From: Paramecium tetraurelia
Taxonomy: Eukaryota
Length of the DNA stretch: 64,000 bases
Direction: 5' to 3'
NCBI GenBank assembly: GCA_000165425.1
Contig: CT868341.1
Location: forward strand, 310,001-374,000
The stretch's first letter is position 1, and each line of letters begins with the position of its first letter. Under the pieces are notes generated by a model. That model made no database searches. It was not told the origin of the DNA and was given only the letters and a program-made list of their open reading frames with translations. Below are positions 1 to 13,020 of this stretch, piece after piece. The translations under genes and the position numbers were made by a program.

Positions 1-250
1 CCAAGTCCTCCAGTTTATGGCATTTAGTTGTCAGAGTCGATTCCTCCTAAGCTTTTGATAAAAGTTGACTTTCCGGATCCAGAATCTCCGTAAACCAAAT
101 AAGTTCTAATATGTTAATTTTACATATACAATAATTTGATTGATTTTTATGAAATATAGATTCAGACTAATTTCTACTTGTTTAATCCTTATCACTTATT
201 GTTTGGTTCAAAACTCTTCTCTCTCTTGATTATCAGAATTTAAGATCCAT
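1..250 (-). pseudogene. 5' fragment of a P-loop NTPase/GTPase-like gene, probably disrupted; runs off the window
   Basis: Minus strand encodes YLVYGDSGSGKSTFIKSLGG (Walker A). The ATG at 250 is followed by TGA at codon 6 and does not join the P-loop frame through the apparent 24-nt intron (106-129). Confidence 0.4.
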
Positions 251-674
251 TTTATTTGAAAATTCAGATAATTATGAAGTGAAATAATAGGAATTCATCT
301 AAAATTACTAAAATTATCTATCAATCTTAGACTTCACCATAATTCATAAGGGCAGATATATTTTTTCTAAATAAAAAACAATTATTTAACAAACATTATT
401 GCAATTTTATAAATAAAATATATTATTTATGGATTTTAATACTTAAGCATTCTTTTACTAAGATTTAATTTATTACTATAAAATTAAAAATTATGTTCTA
501 ATAAATTTATGATTATTTCCAAAAACATTAATGCTGTTTAAAATTTTAGACAGCAATATCAGTATTTGGCAATAAAATGATAATTTCACAAAATTTATTA
601 AAAATTCATATGATATAATTTTGCAATTTATGAGGGATACTATAAAAATGGATTTAATAATTTTTTTGAAACAA

Positions 675-1283
675 ATGATTTCTAAAATCTCTTCAAAATC
701 TAACTCTAGCTTAGCCTCAAACGACGAAGACAGCTCTTACTAAACATAATTCCATCATCAACCACATTTCCAATTAGAAGATGGAATTTTTAAGTCCAAG
801 TAATTTAAATAAAGAAGAAAAACTATCCAATATGGATAGAAAGATAGAAGCAGTGCCATCTATAAGTACATCAAAGAGAAGCAAAAGGCCTTTCTTGATT
901 ACAAACCAAGAGCTTAAATTTCTTAATTCTCCGCTGAAGAGGATAGAATCCTAATCTTGCTTGTTAAGAAGTTAGGACCTAAGTTCAATAAAATAACAAG
1001 GTATTTCTCAGGAAAAACAGTTAATATGATTAAAAATAGATATTATAAGGCTCTACGATATGTTGAATCTCAAGAAATTCCAAAGGAACTTGAAGAAGAA
1101 CTTCTTTCAAACAACAATGATTCAAGAATTATTGGTAGGAAAATTCTAAATTTATGGCCCCAACATAAATATATGAGTTCTGTGTTAGAGAACAGCCCTC
1201 TCTTTCCAGAAGCAAAGGAAATTTTGCACACCTTTTTGAGTTCATTTTAATAACTCATCAGCAATTGCAAAAGTGACAAATGA
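675..1283 (+). CDS. Myb/SANT-domain protein (202 aa)
   Basis: Intronless ciliate-code ORF. FSAEEDRILILLVKKLGPKFNKITRYFSGKTVNMIKNRYY matches a Myb repeat. Confidence 0.85.
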
Positions 1284-3593
1284 AATATATATATATGTTA
1301 TAAAACATAATTAACAGTACTAAATTTTGTATTCTTTTAAGTTACAAATTACTGTATTTTTCGTATTATAATCATCTATTTGCTATGATAAGTTTATTGG
1401 TAGAAAATATTCTTAAAATAGTCATGAATTATTTAAGAAATTTATGATATACAACAAATATATAAATAAATCAAAAATAAATCATAAAATTCAAATATTT
1501 AATATTATAGCTGTTAATACAATCTTTAGCTAAATTAATATCAAATATCTTAAATATAGAGTAATTATGGTTAAGAAAAAACGCAAGGAGTTAAATAGCT
1601 TAAAATAATCAAAAGTTAAGTCCAAAATTAAATTGATCAAAATCCAAGTTCTCAAAACTTAGAGTTATACAAACTTTAAATACATAGATATAAATAATAA
1701 TTTCATAGCAATAAACGATATTCGTTTAAAATTAAGAACTCTCGAATTATACTTTCTCTATGATAAATATAAGGTATATTTAATGTTTTTGTTGTCAAAA
1801 ATCAATTCTATATTACAAAATTATAGATGATTTGTTGCTTCTTGAATAAATTTAATGTATTTTTAATATGTAAATATTTTTAAGGCTTATTCATTTTAAT
1901 TCATCTTAATTTATCGTTTAAGATGCATTTTAAAGTATAGGAGATAAACCCCAATCAGATTTCAATTTTACTAAATCTTTTGTTCATTATTTCAAAATAC
2001 ATCATAACTTTTATTTCATATTATATAGTATTAATTAATTTAAAATAAAATGCATTGATTCTTATAATTATAATAAAACAAAAACAACTACAAAGCACAA
2101 TTTATTATTTCTAAATTTCAAAATAAAAAATTCTTTTATATTTATCCCTACTTAATTTATTTTATCATCATAATACTAATTTCAATTAATTCTTTAATTA
2201 TAACAAAATACTTCTTAATTTTCAAATAATATGTTAATTAAAGTAATTAATTTAGTTAAGATAATACTTTACTCATTTAATTAAATGAAGCTAGCTGCTA
2301 ATTATCTAATATTAATTAAAGGATTAGTAAAGCTCTTAAAATTTTTAACTAATGGATATATAGACTTTGTTACAAAGCTCTTTTTATTGATGTGTAACTT
2401 CTTATTAGCATTTTTTCCTGAGTAGAGTAATAATTATAGGCAACTTTTAATTCTGCTAACATATTTTTTGGGTCGTGAATAACCTATAATCGTAAAGCAA
2501 GCATATTCGTAATTTATCTAATACAGAAAAATATTGTTTTATCCATTCCTATATTTTTCATCCCATATTCTATATTAAAGGTCTTGGCTTTTCACAAATG
2601 TGAAGCTATTGAGAAACAGTTATAATTAGGATTTTTTATATCACCTTTATAATAAGTATAAGAGGTCTCTTTAAATAGATTAGTCCCTCAATTCATGGCT
2701 AAGTAACTATATAGTTTTATAAAAAGTAGTGATATTTGCAAATTGAACAAAATTGGTTCATCATAAGATGATTATGAATTTTCCAATCTTTAGTTTTATT
2801 TGGCGAATTCAATGGAACCTCTATATTTTTTATTCAGATTCTATCTATCTTAACTTCTTCCTCTCCAATTGCAGATCTAAACCCCACTCTTTCATAATTA
2901 TACTAGTTAAGGCTCAGAATGCTGGTATGGATCTCATTGATTTGTAATAAAAAAATAAAGAGCTTTATTCCTTTTTCAAATATTAGTAGTTTTTCTGAAA
3001 TATTTTTACTTGTAATTGGAATATTTGCTTTGAATGTCATTTTAGCTTATTAATTTGAATTTGATAACAAAGGAAATATTATATCAAAAATGAAATAACA
3101 ATGATGTCATTATTTGAATAGAGGCTCTTTTTTTTGTATTTTTTAATCAGTCGAATAAAACAGTAGTACTGAATTCAAATTCAATTTTATATTTTAGGTA
3201 GTTGAAGTAGTCTGGAAATTGAATAAGAAATAAAAATCTAAAACGTTTATCAATAATATTGTAACGCTGCTTATTTAGGAGATTAGGTTATTATTTTTAA
3301 CCCGACTTTTAGTTATTGGAAATCCTGTTGGCTAATATTTTCTAAAATAATATACAAAGAACCTATTTTTGGGGTTCGTAAATTTCTGATTATTTTAACT
3401 AATTATATATTGTTTTGCTTAATAGACCAAACTATCCAATAATTTTTAAGAAATCAAAGGTGACTGTTTTGTTAACTGAAAATTATATAATATCATTTAT
3501 AAAATTAAAGTATTATTGAAGAATATATTAGATAAAAGAACATAATTTTAGATACAAAAATTCTAGTTGTTGTATTTTTAATGATAAATTACT

Positions 3594-4893
3594 TCATGCC
3601 ATATCTTGAGTTATCTACATTAACTATAATTACACAAAATTTTCCAATGTTTACACTATTATTTCCGTAATTAATTCTGTTTTTAACTTTTAAATTTGAA
3701 TTTAAATATGTTAAATACTTTATTTGTTATCTTTTTATTTTACAGAAAATTTAACATTATTAAGGAAATAATTAAGTATTTTTAATTAATTATCTTGTAA
3801 TTATGAATTTATATCGTCTTTGATTGATTATAAATCTAATTCAAATTTGAATTCCTTCAATATTTCATCTTTATTTTCATTTATTATTTAGTTAATCATT
3901 TCTTCATTATTGATACTTAATTCTTATTTTAAATTAATATATGTATCATCATTTTTTGGAGGATTTTAATATTCATACCTTATTGCTGTTCTAAATTCGT
4001 TGGTAATTAATGGGAATATTGTTTATAAGATTTGCTAAATTTCATAAGACTATCCATCTTTATAATATTATTGTTAAATCTATTCTAAATTCTTACTAAC
4101 ATCCTCAATTCTCATTTATCTCTTGAAGTTACTACTTCGTAAAGCCTATGTCCACAATAGTCAATCTTTAATTCTTATTATTTTGATTATTATATTTTTC
4201 AAAGATAATCTTGGATGCTTCAATAAACTAGTCGAATGATTTAAATATTCCTTCATCCAATAAACCTTTGAAAATATAAACAAGATCTGGGTATTTCTAA
4301 TTAAATGCTTTTTATTTTTCATCGCTCATCTTATTATCGTTTATTAATTGCTTTCCCTTTTGCTTGTCAATCAAACTTTTATTTTTTACTAAGTTAAATA
4401 ATGTTAATTATGATTTCCTTAATAGATTAATCATCTTTTTTTTTACTATCTTTATAATTGTCTCTTTCATAAAAAGGACAATCATATCCAAGAAAATGTA
4501 TTGTATAAACTAACTTTTCTGGGAATATAGTAATTTAATGTTATTTGTCTGTTAGATTTATTAAAATTCTATCAGAACTTAAATAATTATGTTAAATATT
4601 TTATTTTTAAAGTTCTTAATATTTGTTCAAAATAGCTAAACACAATTAAATATTTTAAGCAATAGTTAATCGTATGAATTTAATTTCCTAAAAAATATAA
4701 ATTAGATTACTTGTAAATAAATTAATAAACTTAATGTCATTTACATTGAATGATCAATTGTATATTCAACAATCTTGCAATCATCATTTAATTACCAATT
4801 CTTTAGTCCATCATATTCTAATATTCTTTTCATTTCTTCATTCGATTTTTCGTAACTATAGGTTTATGTGCTTTTATAATTTAAACCTTTCAT
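3594..4893 (-). pseudogene. Kinase-like family copy A, with two +1 frameshifts
   Basis: Near-identical to 10109-11406, including the 23-nt intron (4688-4710). One extra base near 4375 and one near 4135 each lead to an in-frame TGA; spliced length 1277 is not a multiple of 3. Confidence 0.75.
3661..4893. repeat. ~1.23-kb direct repeat, copy 1 (partner 10176-11406)
   Basis: Long identical stretches seen by direct comparison, e.g. ttttaacttttaaatttgaatttaaatatgttaaatactttatttgttatct. Confidence 0.95.
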
Positions 4894-5120
4894 TATAGAA
4901 TTATAATAATATATTTTATAATTATTATTTATGAATGTAATTTTCTAATTTTCTTGTAATTTTAAAGGCCTCAAATTTATTATACTTAACTATATTATTT
5001 ATTTTTACACTGTGAAATTATACAAAATTTGATTTAATTATTGAATTCATCATAAAGAAGCTTATTTCAAAATTTGAATATATAAAATAAATATGAAAAT
5101 TAATTATTTATTATATAAAT

Positions 5121-6371
5121 TCAAAACATTTCTTCTAACAACTAAATGATGTTTAAGTCGATTTATTCTTTGATATTTTCTTCTACTATTTAATTTAATA
5201 GTTTTTATTTTAAGTTATCAATTAGTTTAATTAGCTTTTGGTTATTTTCTATTTAAAAGTTAATATTATTATAAAAGTAATTCAAAATGTTTAATCTATC
5301 GGGTAGTGATGAGATAGTTTTTTAGAAAATTATCTATTTATCTATATCGAATTTATATGTTATTTAAGCTTTTTTCAACAATTTGTCTATTTGAATATTA
5401 ATATCTTCCATATCCATGCATCCAATTATAAGTTAAAGATTTATAAATTGTCTATTTTGAGCTTGAATTTAATCTGAGTAAATATAAGATTCTTTCACTT
5501 CTCTCATTATTAGTGGAATGGTTTCGATTAAAAGCTATTCAACTCTGATCCATTTTAGACTTGAATAAGTAGATTGTACAATATTTACAATATTCTAACT
5601 TACTTGTTTTGATCTAAACTTTCTCCAAAATATTTTTTCATCAAATCTTAAGTCGATACCTATTAATAGTTATCGTTAATTGTTTGAATTGTCAAATAAC
5701 GTAAATATATCATTGGATTTATTAATGAACTGCTCAAGCGATATGCATATTCCCTCATTATATATCTTCTAATAAATTTCTTCTTCGGCCTAAAGGATTT
5801 ATTAAAACCTCTCAGTACCATTCTACTTTTAAAGCATTTTTTTATATTTTTCTTTAAACTTATTTTTGGCAACTTATAGAATATGTGTAATTATTTCTTT
5901 AACTGATTATTCATCGCTTTTCTAAACAGAGTCTTAATTTTCCAATTCATAAAAAGGACAGTCATAACCTGTAAAATGTATTGAATACCTTAATTCTTAT
6001 GGCAATATACTCATAGCTTATGATTCATTTTCAAATTGTAAATATATTCGATCAGAACTTAAATATTTATGTTAAATTTAGTTATTTTCAAGTTATTTAT
6101 ACTTATTATAAATATTGATTCCTAATTAAATAATTTATGCAAGTGAAAATCTTAAGAAATCGGCTTCCTAAGATATAAAATATATTACAATGAATAGAAG
6201 TAAATAACTTAATTTAATTGAAATTGAGTTATTGATAGTATACTTAACTATTTTCTATTATTGATTAAAGTCCCATGTTTGGAAATTTTCTAATTCTAAA
6301 ATTCTCTTCATTTCCTTTATTGGTCTATTATAAGTGTAGGTTAGATAACTCTCATATTTAAAGTCTTTCAT
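5121..6371 (-). CDS. Kinase-like family copy B, intact diverged paralogue (409 aa)
   Basis: Translated in full with no TGA. 21-nt intron (6168-6188) at the homologous position. Shares IQHxYLSSDRI and IHFxGYDCPFYE with copies A and C. Confidence 0.8.
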
Positions 6372-7683
6372 TTTATAAAAAATATTATATATTACTAATA
6401 TATTTATAATTCTGTAAAATTGTAATATTAATAATAGATAGGATTTCAGATGAGTTTATCATTAAAAAGAGTGGAATACTGATTGATGCATTAGTAAAAT
6501 TACAACTTTTAAATTTAATGAAATATCTAAAAATGGAAATATTAAAAGAATAAACTAAACTATATTACTAATTGAAACAATATTTAATTTCTAATATTTT
6601 GATTAAAGGATATGAATTATAAGATGTCAACACCGCTTAGTTTCTAAATTCTCTCACAATCATTTTAGTAATCTTCCTCTATTTCCAGTTCAATTTACAA
6701 TTTTCAACTTAATACTCTAATTTATGCAATATTCGATTAACTTAATAAGAAGATCAAAAAGAAAATCAAAAGCATAATTATCGTTTGATAATATTTCTAA
6801 AATAATTAAACATATTAAGCACTCTTATAATTGAAATTTATCAATTTTATATTTTTGAAACTAAACCCTTTTTTGTAATTTTTATGATTCAGTTTGAGGA
6901 ATAAGGGTATATTGATTCAACTATTATTTTAATTCTTTGTGTATTTATATTGGTCAGATTCAAAATACCGAAAGTAACTTGCTTATAACTTTAATAGATA
7001 AAAAAAAAATATTATTTTTATTTTTTGTGTTTTACTTTTCACTTATACTCATAATTATATAATTTTTTGAGTTTTGACTTTTAAAATTGGAATTATAAAT
7101 TAGTAATGGCTTTAAAAATACTATAAAATATTTTTAATCAAATTAACCCTTTTACTTAGATCCTATTTACAGAAAGTTTATTTATGAAATTGGATTATAA
7201 AATATTATTATTAATTGCAGAGGATTAAACTAAAATTAAAATGAGTTCAATTAGATTTAAGCAAATATCAATGCTTAAATTTGTATTTGATGTAATTTAA
7301 ATTAGAAACATCAGTTCTTTCTTAGTTATGCATTAATTTAAACACAGCGAGGAAAACACATTTAATAAAGAGAATAATAAGTAATGATATATTTAGAAGT
7401 ATCCTTTTCAGATAAATTAAAAAAATCTCTTGTCCTGACTCAATGTAAACTTGATAAAAGCAATAATATGATATTAATGTTTTTCAGATAGTAGTAACAA
7501 ATTTATTAAAATCTTAAACAAAACTCATGAACAATTTTAGATTTACCTAAATATTAGTTTATCTTTTTTTCAATGGCAGGATTAAATTCTTGATCACAAT
7601 CTAAATGATCTATTTAACTAAAATTTTAATGCTTTTCATATTAATATTAATACAAATATAGAATTTATTATAAATAACAACTA

Positions 7684-8350
7684 ATGATTAATCAAGATAG
7701 ATCACAAAGTAATTTTCTAAAAGAGGATTCACATTTACCAGTTGAAACTATACTATACTAAGGAAAGAAATACGTTCCATTCTTCCTTGGGGGCTCATAG
7801 GGATATTATACAGATTAATAACCTATACCTCCTTATGATGCATTCGATATGATTTTAGAAGTGTTAGCAATTATAGAATTAATATTGATGTGGGTGTTCT
7901 TTGCTCAATTGTACAATTAAGTAGTGAATAAATAAATCATTGATAGCTTGATTTAGTGATTCCAGTGTTTTATAATGCATTGGGAGAATAGACAGCAACC
8001 GGCGATAAAATTATTTTGTTAGCAATCCCAACTCTTGGCACATTTTTTTTTGTTTTATTAACTATATTATCATTAATAACTAATAGATTTTAGTATGATT
8101 TATAAGTGACTCCAGAAAATTCAAGGATTGTATTTTCAAATACTCGAAAATTAATTCTTGTATTCAAAGTGATTACAATTGGATTGTATTATTTTAAAAT
8201 GAGTTTAGGTTTATATTTTTGAGTATTGGCTCAATTAGAGTGATTTAGAATTAGATAAATGGATATTTAATGTCATATGTGGTTTTTATAATAATAGTGT
8301 ATGGATTAGCCTATTATTATTATACAATAGAAATGGCAAAGATAATATGA
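7684..8350 (+). CDS. DUF1648-like multi-pass membrane protein (205 aa)
   Basis: Introns 7921-7946 and 8186-8208 give a clean frame. YNQLDLVIPVFYNALGEQTATGDKIILLAIP ... NRFQYDLQVTPENSR resembles the DUF1648 pattern (LPxxIPxHFxxxGxxDxxGSK ... NYPxxxTxEN). About four hydrophobic segments. Confidence 0.75.
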
Positions 8351-8499
8351 GATTATAGTAATAGTTATATAAATCATTTATCTAACAGGTATAAACATTG
8401 GTTGATTGTTTTATCTTCCCTTAGCTATACAACAACCTATTACCTTTTACATTTAATCATTAAATTTAATACATAAATTAATTAAATAATTGAATTCTT

Positions 8500-10050
8500 A
8501 TTTATTGACTTTTTATTGGAGGAGTGCTTTTGTCTTGGAATATTAGTTTATCATCCAAATTATTTCATCGAATATCACGATAAAAAGTTGCCTGATCTTT
8601 TTACTAAACTGAAGGATGCAATTTCTTAGGCAAACTTTAAGGAAATCCAAAAAATTGCATGGATGCTACAATAATAATTGATAATTAAAGAAGATATCTA
8701 AAAGATTTCGGAATTATTGAAATATAGTTAAACCACAAATTCATCACTATCTCTCAAGAAAAATTGAATGTAGATTAAACTATTGAAGCTTTTTATGCAT
8801 TTAGAATATTTAATCATGATAAATATGCTAAAGTCTTAAAGATTTATTGTATTTTATTTTTGCTGATTAATTAGATCATTTAGCTGATTGATATTCACTT
8901 GATTATTATAATTTAATTTAACAGGTTAAAAATATTTATTTACTATTGTAACAAGAATTCTTCTGGATATTTCCTTCTTGAAAGTTCCAAGTATGTATTC
9001 AACTCTATCAAGACTTTAATGATTTAATCTTTTTATTAGAATATTAATTACAAGAACCTGATGAGTATTAATTAGTTCATATCCTATATGCTCTCTCAAA
9101 AGGTAATCATGGAATTTAAACTGGAACTATGTAAACTTATAAATATTAAGAATAATTTGTTTTAAAGTATTTCGATCAATATGAAAACTTAGAAAAATCT
9201 AGATTATTTATTTCATTATAATATTTCTAAGATATACTATGCTTACACAGCCATTTATTCTGAATTTGCTCAGATCCTATATTCTTAAATTGGGTTAAAG
9301 AAAATATGGTAAAATTCTCTTTTTTAGAATAATAAAATGAAGTATAGACCTCATGTTTAATTTAGTAATGATTAAGAGATTTGGTCTAATTTTGTAAAAA
9401 ACGTGGCAACTAAAACGTTATTTTCCCTTAGCTAATTATTTCGCTTTCAAATAGGCTAAATTCTATATCACACAGTTCTATCCTCATTGGAATTTAAAAT
9501 CATTTGAATAAGTTTGCTAAAATGCTGAAAAGATGTTCCTAGCAAATAGATCTGAAAGGTAACATTTCGTCCAATAAGTTATAGATTTTTAAATTGTAAT
9601 TAATTGTTTGATATAATAAGGATCTCAATACTCATCTACAATATGATTGGAAGACTTACTATAATTGGAATTACACATGCTTATTCAATATTACAATCCC
9701 AGATCATGGAATTGCTATTATTTTGAATACTCCCAAAACAACTATTAATGGAAAACCAAGAGCTTAATTGTTACTTTAACAACAAGTAATGGCTACATAG
9801 GATTGGAAATTATTGATTTTTTATCAAGCAAAATTTTTTTCAATGAAAACAAAGGAGAGAGCTGCATTCTAGAAAAAAACAATTAATGAAGCTATTGAAT
9901 CATTGAAAGAAAAGATGAAGTCATGGGAAGAAGAGAAAAGAGATTAAATCTATGAACAATTATTAATGCAAGGCTGAAAATGGTATTACTTCAGGAAAAA
10001 GATTTGTCAAAAGTGAGGATCTTAAAGGACTTTCAAGATTTCCAGTTTGA
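8500..10050 (+). pseudogene. Decayed gene, possibly with a C-terminal RAP-like domain
   Basis: Protein-like segments (LVYHPNYFIEYHDKKLPDLF; FNITIPDHGIAIIFEY; GKPRAQLLLQQQVMATQDWKLLIF) lie in different frames with in-frame TGAs. Boundaries are approximate. Confidence 0.45.
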
Positions 10051-10108
10051 AATTATTAATTCTTTATATATCCCAAATATAGCAATTATTAATATAAAAT
10101 TCTGATCA

Positions 10109-11406
10109 TCAAATTAAGTCTGAAATTAACAACAATATCTATAATTCCACATAATTTTTCAACGTTTATATGGTTACTTCCTTAATTATTTCTGTTTTTA
10201 ACTTTTAAATTTGAATTTAAATATGTTAAATACTTTATTTGTTATCTTGCTATTATAAAGAAAATTTAACATTATTAAGGAAATAATTAAGTATTTTTAA
10301 TTAATTATCTTGTAATTATGAATTTATATCATCTTTGATTGATTATAAATCTAATTCAAATTTGAATTCCTTCAATATTTCATCTTTATTTTCATTTATT
10401 ATTTAGTTAATCATTTCTTCATTATTGATACTTAATTCCTATTTTAAATTAAAATATGTATCATCAATTTTTGGAGGATATTAATATTCATACCTTATTG
10501 CTGTTCTAAATTCGTTGGTAATTAATGGGAATGTTGTTTATAAGATTTGTTAAAATTCATAAGACTATCCATCTTTATAATATTATTGTTAAATCTATTC
10601 TAAATTCTTACTAACATCAGGAATTCTCCTTGATCTCTTGAAGTTAGTCTTTGTTAAACTTGTGTCCACACCAGCCAATCTTTCATACTTATTATTTTAA
10701 TTATTATATTTTTCAAAGATAATCTTGGATGCTTCAATAAACATGTCGAATGATTTAAATATTCCTTCATCCAATAAACCTTTGAAAATAGTAATAAGAT
10801 CTGGGTATTTTTAATTGAATTTTTTTTATTTTTCATCTCTCTTTTTCTCATCTGTTATTAATTACTTTCCCTTTTCTTTTGATATCAACTCTTTTTTTTT
10901 ACTAAATTAAATAATGTTAATTATGATTTCCTTAATAGATTAATCATCTATTTTTTTACTCTCTTTATATTTGTCTCTTTCATAAAAAGGACAATCATAT
11001 CCAAGAAAATGTATTGTATAAATTAAATTTCCTGGGAATATAGTAATTTAATGCTATTTGTCTGTTAGATTTATTAAAATTCTATCAGAACTTAAATAAT
11101 TATGTTAAACATTTTATTTTTAAAGTTCTTAATATTTATTCAAAATATCTAAACACAATTGAATATTTTAAGCAATAGTTAATCGTATGAATTTAATTTC
11201 CTAAAAAATATAAATTAGATTACTTGTAAATAAAGTAATAAACTTAATGTCATTTACATTGAATGATCAATTGTATATTCAACAATCTTGCAATCATCAT
11301 TTAATTACCAATTCTTTAGTCCATCATATTCTAATATTCTTTTCATTTCTTCATTCGATTTTTCGTAACTATAGGTTTATGTGCTTTTATAATTTAAACC
11401 TTTCAT
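10109..11406 (-). CDS. Kinase-like family copy C, intact (424 aa)
   Basis: ATG 11406, intron 11201-11223, TGA 10109. Spliced length 1275 is a multiple of 3, and the frame is open across both sites where copy A shifts. Confidence 0.8.
10176..11406. repeat. ~1.23-kb direct repeat, copy 2 (partner 3661-4893)
   Basis: Direct sequence comparison. Confidence 0.95.
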
Positions 11407-11605
11407 TTAGAAACAAATTTCTATTAATGAATTTGCAAAAATTAATTTATATCTTATATATATAGGTTTTTCATGAAATGAATAAAATACTATATTATAT
11501 TATCTAAGTTATAGATAATACAAATCTTCTCTGTCAAAAGACCACGTACATAAGAAAATTGTTCATTTATTACAAAAATACTTAAATAAAATAATATTAT
11601 TCTAT

Positions 11606-12376
11606 ATGATGGCTAGAAGTAAATAATTGATAATTTTATTTGATGTGGATGGGACTCTAACCAAATCAAGAAACAAGATTGAACAGAGTATGGTTGATAC
11701 TCTGAAGTCACTTTGTAAATTACATTATGTTGGTATAGTTGGAGGATCTGATTATCACAAGATTAAAGATCAGGTAGGATAAGATGGTAATAATATAAGA
11801 TAAATTTGATTAGTATTTGAGATGGTTGATTTTGTATTTACTGAGAATGGTCTTTATTCATTTAAAAATGGAGAGCATTTCCATACACAGTCATTAAATA
11901 AATTTGTTGGTGAAGATCAATTGTAGAAATTCATCAATTTTACTTTGTTACAATTATCACAAATCCAATTACCATTAAAAAGAGGTACATTCATAGAGTA
12001 TAGAAATGGAATGATTAATATTTCACCAATAGGACGAAATTGCTCATAATAAGAGCGTGATGATTTTGAATAATATGATCATCAACATTAGGTTAGAAAG
12101 TAATTGATAGAGAAATTAGAGAATGAATTTAAGGAATTAAATTTTAAATATTCAATCGGTGGACAGATTAGTTTTGATGTATTCCCAAAAGGATGGGATA
12201 AGACTTATTGTCTGAAATTCTTAGATGAGTTTGAGAAAGTGTACTTTTTTGGAGACAAAACATTTGAAGGTGGAAATGATCATGAAATCTACATTCATGA
12301 ACGAACCATTGGATAATAAGTCAATAATCCCTAAGAGACAATCAAATATTTAAATGAATTATTTTTAAAAAATTGA
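11606..12376 (+). CDS. PMM: Eukaryotic phosphomannomutase (HAD family)
   Basis: [66 protein letters not shown]. One 27-nt intron (11787-11813). Confidence 0.97.
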
Positions 12377-12399
12377 TAATTTAACACAGAAAACCATTT

Positions 12400-13020
12400 T
12401 CATGAATTCTTTGTTTCTTAATTAAATATGGATAGCACTTAGATTGTTTTACCTCCTCATCATTATCGTTGGTTGAATGGTAACACTCATTATCATAATT
12501 AGGATATGAATACTAAGATCTGCTTTTGAATGCTCTTAATCAGAACATACCTATTTTTGATTCCCATCCATAGGATATTTATTACCAACTAAAAAGTATT
12601 TATTAAATGGAGATTTTAGATGGTTACCTATATATCTTAAGGTCATCCACTTTAAGCAATATTGGGTTTCCTAGATTGAAGGATAATTCTAAGAAATAGT
12701 TTAAATGGAAAAAGATGAATTTTTAGACTCTACTTCCAAAACATAAACCCTAAGTGTCATATATTGTTTGTAGTACAGAAACAGATATTCCTCATTTTCG
12801 TATGCACATAGTTTAATTGTATGGTCAAATGATAAACCTGGGATCCTTCTTTGTCATATTCGTCTAATTAATAATTCAATTTCATCCTTAACCCATATTT
12901 AGACTCATTCTTATTAGACTTATGAAGAGATACGTAATTGTAAGTAGCGTCATACTGATTGCATTACAAAGTCATTGGAGGTTGCTCTTGAGGTTGAATA
13001 AGTTTAATTAAGACTTACAT
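12400..13020 (-). pseudogene. Possible decayed gene of unknown type
   Basis: Coding-like composition; the longest frame (RRIPGLSFDHTIKLCAYENEEYLFLYYKQ) is preceded by an in-frame TGA. No consistent gene model. Confidence 0.25.

Noticed and set aside
233..250. In-frame TGA at codon 6 as selenocysteine or read-through
   Set aside because: The frame still fails to join the P-loop exon and there is no redox motif; disruption is the simpler explanation.
2285..2746. About 150-codon ciliate-code ORF on the + strand
   Set aside because: No recognisable motif; frames this long arise easily when TGA is the only stop.
3661..11406. Direct repeats flanking 5.3 kb as LTRs or a composite transposon
   Set aside because: The repeats are intron-containing gene copies. 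No reverse transcriptase, integrase, transposase, terminal inverted repeats or target-site duplication seen.
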